DNA of 64,000 bases, taken from assembly GCA_041662665.1 (NCBI GenBank), contig JBAZSC010000001.1, positions 1,511 through 65,510 on the forward strand, in the 5' to 3' direction. This document shows, in pieces, positions 1 through 9,860 of this stretch. The translations under genes were made by a program, and so were the position numbers. A model generated the notes under the pieces. That model was not told where the DNA came from and did no database searches. It saw nothing but the letters and a program-made list of their open reading frames with translations. The first letter of the stretch is position 1. Each line of letters starts with the position of its first letter. The stretch is from Patescibacteria group bacterium. Its GTDB lineage: Bacteria > Patescibacteriota > JABMPQ01 > JAQVVF01.

Positions 1-231
1 TTTGGCAGATTCTGATTTTTTTAGAACAAAATCTGGAATTCCATCATCGCAAGTTTGTTGTTGCTCAATTTGAGTTGGTGCTTGTTGAGTTTCTGTTTTT
101 GCCAAATCAAAAGGAATATTTAATGCTAGAATCTTAGAAGGCGGATTATCTTTGATGTACTCATAGCTTCCTAGAAAAATAATTGCCAGAACCACAAAAG
201 AATAAATCATAAGATGAGTTTTTCTTTCCAT
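1..231 (-). CDS. hypothetical membrane-anchored protein, partial (runs off window start)
   Basis: Open frame MERKTHLMIYSFVVLAIIFLGSYEY... with an N-terminal TM segment; AAGGAG SD and TTGACA-N17-TATTAT upstream; not in ORF track. Confidence 0.7.
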   Translation of the reverse strand, partial: MERKTHLMIYSFVVLAIIFLGSYEYIKDNPPSKILALNIPFDLAKTETQQAPTQIEQQQTCDDGIPDFVLKKSESAK

Positions 232-346
232 TCTCTTTTTCTCCTTGTAGTTTTAAGGGTGCGCGAAGAATTTTAGCTCTTTATAATAATAAAATTTTAC
301 AATTTTGTCAATAAAAAAATCCTCATAGAGGATTAAACAAGGTACA

Positions 347-1219
347 TTATTTTGTCGAAAAGGGATTGCAAATTGGCTTGACCAAAAGAATTTGATCAAC
401 CAGATCTACTCGTGACTTCCTTCTCAGATTATGAATTCCATCAACACTATAGATTTTCCAATCAGTAATTTCATCAAATCCATTATGACTAACTTTTGAT
501 CTAAAATACATTCTGAATCCTTTGTCATTTACAGTTGATGCAAAAGAAACATCACAGAAATTCTCATACTGCCAACAATTCACTTCAACACCTTCATTAT
601 AATATCCAAAACAAAGATAGCGCATTTGCGAGAGCTCAGCTTTCCAGCGTTTCAAGGTTTCTTTATCTATCGAATTCCCTCTTTTACCACCTTGCATCAG
701 CAAAACTTTCCATGAAGGGTCAGCATTTTCACCTAAAACATGATCTTTCTTGCTTGGACCAAATTTCAAATAACTAACTTTGGGAACATTATCTTTTGGA
801 TCAATGACAATATTTCTTTTCAAACTAGCATCGCCTTTTTGAATCAAAGGTGTAGTCTGAGTCGCCTGAGTAGTAGTCTTTGCAGTTTTATGTCCATTAC
901 ACTCAAAGAAGTGCATCTGCAGTTTCCAATCAAAGAACCAGGCAACCAAGATCAGCAAAAAAGTAATAATAGCAAAAGCAACCAATAGTCTCATCACAGT
1001 CTTAAATCGTTGCTTCAATCTATGATAGGCTCTTCCAATTGCTATTATTTTTTTTACAGGAACTGCAATGACTAAGAACAATACTGATATTATGCCCAAA
1101 ATACTTTTCAGTTTTCCACCTGCAACTGGCAATATCTTTCTCTTAAATACGTCTTTAATTTCGAGCCACTTGAATTTCAATTCATTTTTCAATGAACTAA
1201 CCATTGTTTTGATGCTCAT
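347..1219 (-). CDS. hypothetical membrane protein (2 TM plus extracytoplasmic domain)
   Basis: ORF track 347..1252; start moved to the ATG after AGGAGG; promoter TTGACA-N17-TATACT at 1262-1290. Confidence 0.75.
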   Translation of the reverse strand: MSIKTMVSSLKNELKFKWLEIKDVFKRKILPVAGGKLKSILGIISVLFLVIAVPVKKIIAIGRAYHRLKQRFKTVMRLLVAFAIITFLLILVAWFFDWKLQMHFFECNGHKTAKTTTQATQTTPLIQKGDASLKRNIVIDPKDNVPKVSYLKFGPSKKDHVLGENADPSWKVLLMQGGKRGNSIDKETLKRWKAELSQMRYLCFGYYNEGVEVNCWQYENFCDVSFASTVNDKGFRMYFRSKVSHNGFDEITDWKIYSVDGIHNLRRKSRVDLVDQILLVKPICNPFSTK

Positions 1220-1261
1220 CTTTTTCCTCCTATGAAAAGGACGTGAAAACAAGAATAATTG

Positions 1262-1290
1262 AGTATATATCTTTTACAACATTTTGTCAA
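1262..1290 (-). promoter_or_regulatory. sigma70-type promoter
   Basis: TTGACA-aaatgttgtaaaagata(17)-TATACT on the minus strand. Confidence 0.7.
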
Positions 1291-1384
1291 GATTTAAGAA
1301 TTGAATATTTATGTTTCGCTTGCTAAAAATAAGCAATTTGATTATACTAACTTAAGCTCTTTATCAACTGACAAGGAGGAAGGA

Positions 1385-1909
1385 ATGAAGCCTGAAGCAA
1401 ACGACGCTTTTAACAAAATTGTTGCAAATATTAAAGCAATGCATCAAAATACTGGCGGCAAGTTTAAGGATTTGCGTATTGCAGTTAGAACATATTCTGA
1501 TGAAAAATTTCAGGTAACATATTTTTATTTGCCAACAAAAGAGCCATTAGTTTTTTCTTGGCCACGTGAATTTGAACCAAAAGAAAATGAAAAAGTTGAA
1601 AAAGTCGCTTTTATCGGTTTTACAGAGCAAGGCAAAGAAGCGCCAGTTACTGATTTTAGCAAAATGGTTTTTATGGTTTATAGAAAGTATCTTGAACGTG
1701 GCGGACAAAAAGAAAAGTTTATTGTGCGAGTGATCGTTAGCCATGATATTTTCACAATTAGTGTTTTTGACAGGCAAGAAGATTTGAATCAAATTGCAAT
1801 GTGCGGAATGCGAAAAAATGATGAAACTTTCTTGCCTATTGGCGATGGAGATTATCTTGTTCATATCAGAAATGGCAATCTCTATATTACGAATTTTGAT
1901 TTGCCATAG
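1385..1909 (+). CDS. hypothetical protein
   Basis: AAGGAGGAAGGA-ATG; TTGCTA-N17-TATACT upstream; ACAGC..GCTGT-T-tract terminator downstream. Confidence 0.75.
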   Translation: MKPEANDAFNKIVANIKAMHQNTGGKFKDLRIAVRTYSDEKFQVTYFYLPTKEPLVFSWPREFEPKENEKVEKVAFIGFTEQGKEAPVTDFSKMVFMVYRKYLERGGQKEKFIVRVIVSHDIFTISVFDRQEDLNQIAMCGMRKNDETFLPIGDGDYLVHIRNGNLYITNFDLP

Positions 1910-1950
1910 TGTTCTTTACTTTTTACAGCATAATGTGCTGTTTTTTCTTT

Positions 1951-2028
1951 GTCCGCCGACTTGTCCTCCGAAGCTTAGCGAAGGAGGAAGTCCCAGCCTT
2001 TTCGCAAAAAGTGCTGGACGAAGGAGGA
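1951..2028. repeat. nested REP-like palindrome (TCCGCC/TCCTCC...GAAGGCGG/GAAGGAGG family)
   Basis: Similar copies at 12287, 16181, 31961, 36230, 46612, 62468. Confidence 0.65.
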
Positions 2029-2108
2029 TTCAAATAATATTGCCAAGAATAACAAAATAATATATAGTTTAGCTTGCTCTTTTAGCAATCAGCAAAGGAG
2101 GAAAAAAG

Positions 2109-2564
2109 ATGCCCAGACCGCCGATTTCCTGTGCAGTTGCTTCTCTTCGAGAATATTATTTGTCACAAGGCGAAAAACTCGCAGATCTTCGTTTTCAGAT
2201 GACAACAATAGAAGACGGATCTTTTGAAATCGTTCGCGTTGATGAAAAAGGCAGAGTATTAGATTTTCATACTGAGGTAGGTATCGCCACAGTTGAAGAT
2301 CCAGCCTGGCGAAATCAAGGCGTCTATTATCTTCGTCCAGATAATCTTGGTCAATTTCATTTGGAAACAACAGTTGAAAAATCTTTCTTAGCAATGGAAC
2401 GACATTTGGCAAAATATTCTCTTGATTATAGCAATCTTGTTTATCGAGACGAAGATCAAAATACTTATGTTTTGCGAATTGACGTAAATCGTGGATTAAA
2501 TATCTTGTTTTCCGAAACATTCGCCAAAACTCCAGCTTGGAGATCAGGACAAATCGAAGCCTAA
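2109..2564 (+). CDS. hypothetical protein, paralog of 2739..3209
   Basis: AAGGAGG SD; shared motifs PPIS-A-ASLRE, DLRF, FEIVRVDE, GVYYLRPD. Confidence 0.8.
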   Translation: MPRPPISCAVASLREYYLSQGEKLADLRFQMTTIEDGSFEIVRVDEKGRVLDFHTEVGIATVEDPAWRNQGVYYLRPDNLGQFHLETTVEKSFLAMERHLAKYSLDYSNLVYRDEDQNTYVLRIDVNRGLNILFSETFAKTPAWRSGQIEA

Positions 2565-2738
2565 TCAAATTTAATCGTACTTTTTACAGCTTTATCGCTG
2601 TTTTTTTATTTCTGCTATTTCTGCGTTAACTTCCGCGTATTTCTGCGCTAAGAGTTAAAAAGCCTTGTTCAAATCGCAAAAATAATATATATTAATCTTG
2701 CTCTTTCGGGACCGCAACAGGAGAGGAGGAGGAAAAAG

Positions 2739-3209
2739 ATGGCAAAGCCACCGATTTCTGCAGCAATAGCTTCTTTGAGAGAACATTATGTTGCAAGTGG
2801 AGTTCAACTCTCGGATCTTCGTTTTCGAATGATAATTTTCGAAGAAGGAAAATTTGAAATTGTTCGAGTCGATGAAACAGGAATGGTTTCATATTTTCGT
2901 TTAGAAGAAGGAGTTTCAACTATCGATGATCCCGCTTGTGCAACTCCAGGTGTTTACTACCTTCGTCCAGATTCACTTGGCAAGTTTCATCAGGAAATAG
3001 CAATGGCAGACGCTTTGCTGATTGTTCAAAATAGGATCGAAAGAGAAAAGATCACAGGACACACAATCGTTCCAACTGATGATGGAAATACTTTTAAATT
3101 TACTGTTCGAAGCAAAGACAGAGAATTTTTCTCTCTGACCTTCGCAAAATCGCCAGTTTTAAGAGCGTACTCTCAAGCGAATCCTCTTCATGTACCAACC
3201 GCACCTTAG
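2739..3209 (+). CDS. hypothetical protein, paralog of 2109..2564
   Basis: GGAGGAGG SD; obvious N-terminal similarity to the upstream ORF. Confidence 0.8.
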   Translation: MAKPPISAAIASLREHYVASGVQLSDLRFRMIIFEEGKFEIVRVDETGMVSYFRLEEGVSTIDDPACATPGVYYLRPDSLGKFHQEIAMADALLIVQNRIEREKITGHTIVPTDDGNTFKFTVRSKDREFFSLTFAKSPVLRAYSQANPLHVPTAP

Positions 3210-3282
3210 TCAACAGCTTTCACGCTGTTTTTTATTTGGGACCGTTAGAAATGGGAAATGAGAATTGGGAAAGCTTTATAAA

Positions 3283-3633
3283 TCATTTATATTTTTTCCA
3301 CCTGTTTCTCAAACAATAAATTTGTTTTCCAACAATATTATATTTTTCAATTAATTTTTCCGCAGTATCTTTTCTTATATACCCAGACATTAAAGCATCT
3401 TCTATATGACTTATTAATTCATTACATGAACCTAAAGCAGAAGTTAGATATCTTTTAAATTCAGCTTCTGATCTGCCGAATCCTTCTGCTATGTTAGCAT
3501 GAATTGAATTTGCAGCTCTTAAAATTTGGTTAACCAAATATTTTCCTTCATAAGGAAATTTTCTGACAATTTTTATTAATACTGAGAATAAAAGTTTAGA
3601 ATTTTTATAAACAATCAAATCATTATATTTCAT
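3283..3633 (-). CDS. four helix bundle protein (23S rRNA IVS-protein / TIGR02436-like family)
   Basis: Y-DL-VY, FP--E-Y-L--QI-RAA-SI-ANIAEG-GR and F-RYL--ALGS--EL motifs; flanked by inverted heptamer repeats. Confidence 0.9.
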   Translation of the reverse strand: MKYNDLIVYKNSKLLFSVLIKIVRKFPYEGKYLVNQILRAANSIHANIAEGFGRSEAEFKRYLTSALGSCNELISHIEDALMSGYIRKDTAEKLIEKYNIVGKQIYCLRNRWKKYK

Positions 3634-3745
3634 GAATTAATAATATAATAAAAAACCAGAAACATTAAATTTCTGGTTTAAATTTTTTTAATTTTCAGTT
3701 CTCATTTCTCACTTCCCATTTCCCAAGTTCCCATTTCCCACGCTC

Positions 3746-5728
3746 CTATCCAAAAATATGATATTGAGCCACAAGAAACGCAATAATTACGGCAATCGTA
3801 TTGATAACCTTAATCAAAGAATTCAACGCTGGTCCAGCTGTATCTTTAAATGGATCTCCAACTGTATCGCCAACAACTGCAGCTTTATGAGCATTTGATC
3901 CTTTTCCACCCAAATTTCCATCTTCAATATATTTCTTGGCATTATCCCAAGCAGCACCGCCAGTTGTCATTTGAATTGCTAATAATAGTCCTGTAATAAT
4001 AAGACCAATCAATAATCCGCCAAGAGCCTTAGGACCTAATACAAATCCAACAAATATTGGTGATAATACTGCTAATAAAGCAGGAGCAATCATTTCTTTT
4101 TGAGCTGCTTTTGTAACAATATCAACGCATTGTCCATAATCAGGCTTATCAATACCTTCCATAATTTTCTTTTCTCTGAATTGTTTTCGAACATTATCAA
4201 CGACTTTGAAAGCAGCTTTTCCTACAGCTTGCATTGCAAATGAGCTGAAAACAAATGGTAATACTCCACCAATTAATAAGCCAACTAAAACATAAACATT
4301 ATCAACTTGTAAAACAGTGTCTAAATTAAGATTGAATTTTTTAACTGCGTTTGCAATTTCATCAGTATATGCTGCAAATAATGCTAATGCAGCCAAAGCA
4401 GCAGATCCAATGGCATAGCCTTTTGTAACTGCTTTAGTTGTATTTCCAACTGCATCTAAAGCATCAGTAATTTTTCTTGTTTGTTCAGGTAATCCTGACA
4501 TTTCTGCGATACCGCCAGCATTATCAGTAATTGGTCCATAAGCATCAATTGCAACTACAATTCCAGCCATTGATAACATTGCGCATGCAGCAATTGCAAT
4601 TCCATAGACACCGCCAAGAGAAAAGGAAGCTAAGATACCAACAATAATTGTTAATACAATTGGCCAAGTACTTTGCAATCCAACTGCCAATCCAGTAATG
4701 ATGTTTGTTCCTGCACCTGTTTCTGAAGCTTTAGCAATTGATTTAACTGGTTTATTTTTACCTGTGTAATATTCAGTAATTACAGTAATAATAATTGTTA
4801 CAGCTAATCCAACTAATGCTGCAAAATATAAATTTAAATCAATTCTCAAAATTCTAACAACAACCAAAAATCCAATTGCTGAAAAAATTGCTGAAGCAAT
4901 TGTACCTTTGTACAAAGCCTTCATAATATTTTCGTCAGTCAATTTTACAAAGAATGTACCAAGAATTGATGCGATAATAGCGACACCACCCAAAGCTAAT
5001 GGGAAAATAACGCCATTTGAAACCGCAACGCCTAAAAGCATTGCTGCAATTAATGTGACAGCATAAGTTTCAAATAAATCAGCAGCCATGCCAACATCAT
5101 CGCCAACATTATCACCAACATTATCAGCAATAACAGCAGGATTTCTTGGATCATCTTCTGGAATTCCAGCTTCAACCTTGCCTACTAGATCAGCGCCAAC
5201 ATCAGCAGCTTTTGTGTAAATTCCTCCGCCAACTCTAGCGAATAAAGAAACTAATGAAGCGCCAAAACCAAATCCAATCAATAAAATTGGATCTCTAAAA
5301 ATTAAATAAAATATTGTTACGCCTAAAAGGCTTGTTCCAACAACAGCCATGCCAGTAACAGCTCCGCCTTTGAAAGCTACATCCAAAGCTTTTGATAATC
5401 CTCTTGTTGCAGCTTGAGCAGTTTTTACGTTAGCTCTAACTGAAACGCTCATTCCAATAAATCCAGCCAAAGCTGACAAGAAAGCGCCAACCAAGAAGCC
5501 GATTGCAGTTTGAAAATTTGTTGCAACCCATAGGACTACAAACAAAATTACTGCAAAGATAGCAATTGCCCTATATTGTCTTTTTAAATAGGCCATTGCT
5601 CCTTCTCTAATCGCTTTTGAGATTTCCTCCATTTTTTGGTTGCCTTTTTCTGCTTTGTTAATTTGCATGACCAAATAGCCTGCAAAAAACAACGCGATAA
5701 TCGCGGATACCAATGCGAAAATTGTCAT
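3746..5728 (-). CDS. hppA: membrane-bound proton-translocating pyrophosphatase, K+-independent type
   Basis: [29 protein letters not shown] and [10 protein letters not shown] motifs; GNTTK (Lys) signature. Confidence 0.95.
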   Translation of the reverse strand: MTIFALVSAIIALFFAGYLVMQINKAEKGNQKMEEISKAIREGAMAYLKRQYRAIAIFAVILFVVLWVATNFQTAIGFLVGAFLSALAGFIGMSVSVRANVKTAQAATRGLSKALDVAFKGGAVTGMAVVGTSLLGVTIFYLIFRDPILLIGFGFGASLVSLFARVGGGIYTKAADVGADLVGKVEAGIPEDDPRNPAVIADNVGDNVGDDVGMAADLFETYAVTLIAAMLLGVAVSNGVIFPLALGGVAIIASILGTFFVKLTDENIMKALYKGTIASAIFSAIGFLVVVRILRIDLNLYFAALVGLAVTIIITVITEYYTGKNKPVKSIAKASETGAGTNIITGLAVGLQSTWPIVLTIIVGILASFSLGGVYGIAIAACAMLSMAGIVVAIDAYGPITDNAGGIAEMSGLPEQTRKITDALDAVGNTTKAVTKGYAIGSAALAALALFAAYTDEIANAVKKFNLNLDTVLQVDNVYVLVGLLIGGVLPFVFSSFAMQAVGKAAFKVVDNVRKQFREKKIMEGIDKPDYGQCVDIVTKAAQKEMIAPALLAVLSPIFVGFVLGPKALGGLLIGLIITGLLLAIQMTTGGAAWDNAKKYIEDGNLGGKGSNAHKAAVVGDTVGDPFKDTAGPALNSLIKVINTIAVIIAFLVAQYHIFG

Positions 5729-5948
5729 AACGTTTTATTTAATTGTTATATTTAAACTTAAAATATTCGGAAATTATATTATTACACGCATATCTATTTC
5801 AATACACTAATATCCTAATATCTTAATATCCGAATATCTAAACGATTTAATATTCGGAAATTATATTCAAAACGTAAATCTTTTTCTACAAGTCAATATC
5901 CGAATTTCTTAGTATCTGAATATCTACACGATTTTGATATTACGGATA

Positions 5949-7187
5949 TTATTTCTTCTCGGCTTTTTCTTTCTTTTCAGATTTATCTTCCTTTTTTGAT
6001 TCTTCTTTTTTAGTTTCAACTTTTTCTTCCTTAGCCTCAGGTTTTTTATCAGTTTTTTCTGTTTTCTCTTTACTGTTTTCTGTTTTTACATCCTTCTTCT
6101 CTTCAGCCTTAGTTTTATCGTCAGTCTTTTCATCATTGCCAGAACTTTCATCCTTGAGCACGTCGATTTTCCAACCCGTCAATTTCACAGCCAAGCGTAC
6201 ATTTTGTCCATGTTTACCAATAGCTAATGATAATTGATCTTCAACAACTTCAACTTTTGCTGTTTTTTCTTCTTCATTTAATTGAACAGAAATAGCTTTT
6301 GCTGGAGATAATGCATTTGTAATAAATTTAACTGGATTTTCATCCCAAGAAATAATGTCAATCTTTTCTCCGCCTAATTCATTAATAATTGTTTGAACTC
6401 TAGTACCTCGCTGGCCTACGCAAGCGCCAATTGGATCAATTTCTTCTTTTGTTGACATAACTGCGATCTTTGTTCTTGCACCAGCTTCTCTGGCAACAGC
6501 TTTAATTACAACAGCGCCAGCTGCGATTTCTGGTACTTCTAATTCAAACATTCTTCTGACAATATCAGGATGAGATCTAGATAAAATAATTTCTGGTCCT
6601 TTTGCTGATTCTTTTACTTCGACTAAAAACACTTTTAATCTTTGTCCAATAGAATATTCTTCGCCTCTGATTTGTTCAGTTGGAAATAATAATCCAGTTG
6701 CTTGGCCAAGATCAACAAACATAGTTTGACCTTCCATCCTTTGGATTGTGCCATTTAATACTTCGCCTTCTTTATCTTTATAAGCATCAAAGATTGTATT
6801 TCTTTCTGCTTCTCTGATTTTTTGGATAATAACTTGTTTTGCAGTTTGAGCAGCAATTCTACCAAATGAAATTTCTTTTGGTGTAATTTCTGTTTTGATA
6901 ATATCGCCTACTTTTGCGCCCTTTTTTAATTTTTGACCTTCTTCTACTGTTACTTGTCTTTCAGCCTTGTCTTCCTCTTCTTTTTCTTCAACAACTTCTT
7001 TGACATCAAAAACTAATGTCTTGCCAGTCTTTGGATCAAATTCAGTTTCAATCAATTGACCTTTTTTGCCATAATCTTTACGAAAAGCAGCAGCCAAAGC
7101 AGCCTCAATTGTTGAGATTACATCTTCTTTTTTTAAATTTTTTTCTTCACAAATTTGTTCAATAGCGAGTTCAAATTCAGTAGCCAT
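5949..7187 (-). CDS. nusA: transcription termination/antitermination factor NusA
   Basis: FGRIAAQTAKQV, S1 and KH domains (AREAG-RTKIAV, AIGKHGQNVRLA); charged C-terminal tail. Confidence 0.97.
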   Translation of the reverse strand: MATEFELAIEQICEEKNLKKEDVISTIEAALAAAFRKDYGKKGQLIETEFDPKTGKTLVFDVKEVVEEKEEEDKAERQVTVEEGQKLKKGAKVGDIIKTEITPKEISFGRIAAQTAKQVIIQKIREAERNTIFDAYKDKEGEVLNGTIQRMEGQTMFVDLGQATGLLFPTEQIRGEEYSIGQRLKVFLVEVKESAKGPEIILSRSHPDIVRRMFELEVPEIAAGAVVIKAVAREAGARTKIAVMSTKEEIDPIGACVGQRGTRVQTIINELGGEKIDIISWDENPVKFITNALSPAKAISVQLNEEEKTAKVEVVEDQLSLAIGKHGQNVRLAVKLTGWKIDVLKDESSGNDEKTDDKTKAEEKKDVKTENSKEKTEKTDKKPEAKEEKVETKKEESKKEDKSEKKEKAEKK

Positions 7188-7238
7188 AAGTTTAATATTA
7201 GATAATTATTAGTTAAATTAATTTTACCAAATTTCACA

Positions 7239-7347
7239 GGAAATGGGAAATGTGACTTTGAGAAATGTGATAATGAGACCTTGGGATCTTGGGATTGCGA
7301 ACTGCGTTGCGTTTCTCATTTCCCATTATCCCATTTCTCACGGTCCC
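7239..7347. repeat. GGGAAAT/ATTTCCC heptamer tandem-inverted repeat hairpin
   Basis: Same family as the flanks of the four helix bundle gene, but with no gene inside. Confidence 0.65.
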
Positions 7348-7443
7348 AATAAAAAAGAACACTAATGTGTTCTAGGATTGACTTATTCAACTTTAGATAA
7401 GTTTATCATAATGTACGAAAAATGCAAGAGAATTAGTGTTTAA

Positions 7444-7920
7444 TTAGGAAATCTTGTCACTATTTGGAAATTCAGTTTCAAATTCATCATTACACGAATT
7501 TGGCGCTGAAGCAATGACGACAACAGTTGCACCATCGGTACAAGCAATCACCTGATGGATAACGCCAGGTTCGATATAAACAGCTTGATGCTCGCTCGCA
7601 TTCAGGTTCGTAGAGTGTCTGTAACATTTTCCACATCTAATCACTTTAACAGAACCATTAGTGCAAAAAAGCATTTCGTGCTTTCTTTTGTGATAGTGGC
7701 AACCTGTCTTATTCCCCTTTGTATCCAGAGTCACACAATAAACGAATCTGCATTTGAATTTTGGAGCTAAGGGAGCACGTTTATCAAAAAGTACCTTTAA
7801 AGTACGTCCGGGCTTTTCGTCATTTCTTCTTTGAGGCAAATCAAAAGTTGTTTCCATAAATGACTGTGTTGGTTTTGAAAGAAAATCCATCGGATCATCG
7901 CCAAACTTCTTTCTCGCCAT
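7444..7920 (-). CDS. cupin-domain protein (FdtA/WxcM-like)
   Basis: G-HYHK---E---C--G-V and I-PGV-H motifs; start moved to the ATG after GAGGAGGG. Confidence 0.7.
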   Translation of the reverse strand: MARKKFGDDPMDFLSKPTQSFMETTFDLPQRRNDEKPGRTLKVLFDKRAPLAPKFKCRFVYCVTLDTKGNKTGCHYHKRKHEMLFCTNGSVKVIRCGKCYRHSTNLNASEHQAVYIEPGVIHQVIACTDGATVVVIASAPNSCNDEFETEFPNSDKIS

Positions 7921-8028
7921 CTCTCTTCCCTCCTCTTGTCCAAGGTGCTTATTACAGCTTAATCTTATGTACGTAAAAGTCAATATTTAATATTTAATAT
8001 CCGTAATATCTTAATTTCCGAATTTCCG

Positions 8029-8400
8029 TCAGCTCTCCGCCAGCGCATCCTTAAAATGCCTTAAACTTGCTCTTCTCGTTTTCATATTCAGCTCAATCGC
8101 CACAACATCAATTCTTATCGCATCACGAATATTATTTAGACTAATATAATTATAAATCGTCTTTGCCATCTTTTTTAGCTTAAAAAAATCAACCGCTTCT
8201 TGCGGTTGACCAAAATATAAATTAGTTCTTGTTTTAACTTCAACAAAGACAATTGTATTCTTATCTTTTGCAATAATATCAATCTCACCAAATCTAGAAT
8301 GATAATTTTTATCTAAAATAATATAATTTAGTTTTTTCAAATGATCACAAGCCAACTTTTCACCCAAATCACCAATTTTAAGATTAGTATTTGTCATCAA
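8029..8400 (-). CDS. yraN: YraN family (UPF0102) putative endonuclease
   Basis: G--GE--A, GEIDIIA, VFVEVKTR, RIDVVAI. Confidence 0.92.
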   Translation of the reverse strand: MMTNTNLKIGDLGEKLACDHLKKLNYIILDKNYHSRFGEIDIIAKDKNTIVFVEVKTRTNLYFGQPQEAVDFFKLKKMAKTIYNYISLNNIRDAIRIDVVAIELNMKTRRASLRHFKDALAES

Positions 8401-8422
8401 GTTACTAGTTACTAATTACAAG

Positions 8423-8983
8423 TTACTTTTTAAAAATTAAACCATAATGATATTCATCAGTCTTTATATCTTTAACAAATGAAAATCCAGCATTCTTGGC
8501 ATGTTTTAGCACAACATCATAAGCAATTCTCTCATTAACATTTGGTCCAACAGGAATTGCTTCTTTTCTCCAATCAACAACTAATAATTTTCCGCCTGGT
8601 TTGGTCATTCTATAGCTTTCCGCAAAAATCATGTCTGGTTTTTTTGATTGATAAAGATTCATAACAAGCATTACCAAATCAACGCTATCGTTTGAAATTC
8701 CAGTTGCATTTGGTACTTCAATATCTGCCCAAACAGGCTTTACATTTCTGGCACCATAAAAACTAATGTCTGATCTAATTCCAGACAAAACAGCTTTTTG
8801 CACATCAACAGCATAAACAATTCCAGAAGGTCCAACTAATTTTGATGCTGCAAATGTCATATATCCAGATCCGCAACCAAGATCAGCAACAATCATATTT
8901 TGGGCAATATCAGATTGCCTTAAAATATCTTTCGGATTCAAAAAACTTGGCGCTTTTAATGAAATTGGTTTTTGTTTTTGCAT
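8423..8983 (-). CDS. class I SAM-dependent methyltransferase
   Basis: VADLGCGSG, VYAVDVQ, KPGGKLLVVDW. Confidence 0.9.
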   Translation of the reverse strand: MQKQKPISLKAPSFLNPKDILRQSDIAQNMIVADLGCGSGYMTFAASKLVGPSGIVYAVDVQKAVLSGIRSDISFYGARNVKPVWADIEVPNATGISNDSVDLVMLVMNLYQSKKPDMIFAESYRMTKPGGKLLVVDWRKEAIPVGPNVNERIAYDVVLKHAKNAGFSFVKDIKTDEYHYGLIFKK

Positions 8984-9161
8984 AATATTACACTAATATT
9001 TTACTAATTACTCTAATTATCACTAATATAACATACAATTGACGAATTGTTAAAAATGAGATAAATTTAAACTAACAAATCTTACACAGATTCAAAACAG
9101 ATTTTACACAGATACACAGATTATTTTGTTATTTATAATTTAGTTATTTTGTTATTATTTC

Positions 9162-9234
9162 GGGCCTGTAGCTCAGTGGTACGAGCGGTCGGCTCATAAC
9201 CGATTGGTCGTTGGTTCGATCCCAACCAGGCCCA
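9162..9234 (+). tRNA. tRNA with CAT anticodon, likely tRNA-Ile2 (lysidine-modified)
   Basis: Cloverleaf; CGGCT-CAT-AACCG anticodon arm typical of Ile2; tilS present in window. Confidence 0.85.
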
Positions 9235-9318
9235 AATCTAATTATAAATTACAAAATGAGAAATAACAAAATTTCCGATAATTTTTCATTTATAATTTAG
9301 TTATTTTGTTATTAGCTT

Positions 9319-9395
9319 GGGCGGTTAGCTCAGTTGGCTAGAGCGTTACGTTGACATCGTAAAGGTCATCTGTTCAAATCAGATACCGCCCACCA
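9319..9395 (+). tRNA. tRNA-Val(GAC)
   Basis: Cloverleaf, TT-GAC-AT loop, encoded CCA. Confidence 0.93.
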
Positions 9396-9429
9396 AGAAA
9401 ATTATAAATGCAAAATTCAAAATGAAAAA

Positions 9430-9513
9430 TTTCTACCCTGCCCATGGCAGGGGTTTCGTTTTAAAATGCTTAATGCTTTTTTACACGAACCCCTCCCATG
9501 GGGAGGGTAGAAA
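9430..9513. repeat. REPIN/MITE-like element with TTCTACCCT...AGGGTAGAA ends
   Basis: Two internal palindromes in inverted orientation; second copy at 62452-62600. Confidence 0.6.
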
Positions 9514-9585
9514 CCTTTACAAAACAATATTTTCCTGCTAAATTAATTTATTCATAATTTTGCTCGCACCAAGGAGGAGGAACAC

Positions 9586-9840
9586 ATGCAAAAACTCGTT
9601 GGAAAAAGAGTTATTGCCATATTTGATGAAAAAAAAGGCATCGGCGAGCGCGAATATAAGGGACAAATTGAAAAAATGGAAGGTTCTCTAGTGCTACTTG
9701 TATCAGTCAAACGAGTTCTCGATTACGACCTCGATGAAAAGACCAATAAGTATAAAGAAGAAGATCATCCTGACCTTTTGATAAATATGCATTCTGCAAA
9801 ATTTATTCGCTTTGCGATCATTCCGGAAAGCAAAGCTTAG
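9586..9840 (+). CDS. small hypothetical protein, possible Sm/LSm-like beta-barrel
   Basis: AAGGAGGAGG SD; LVGKRV...EYKGQI...LVLL pattern loosely resembles the Sm1 motif. Confidence 0.6.
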   Translation: MQKLVGKRVIAIFDEKKGIGEREYKGQIEKMEGSLVLLVSVKRVLDYDLDEKTNKYKEEDHPDLLINMHSAKFIRFAIIPESKA

Positions 9841-9860
9841 ACCATCGTCAACGGTCTTTT

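Noticed and set aside
3283-3633. Diversity-generating retroelement (Avd-like gene)
   Set aside because: No reverse transcriptase and no TR/VR pair differing at adenines seen.
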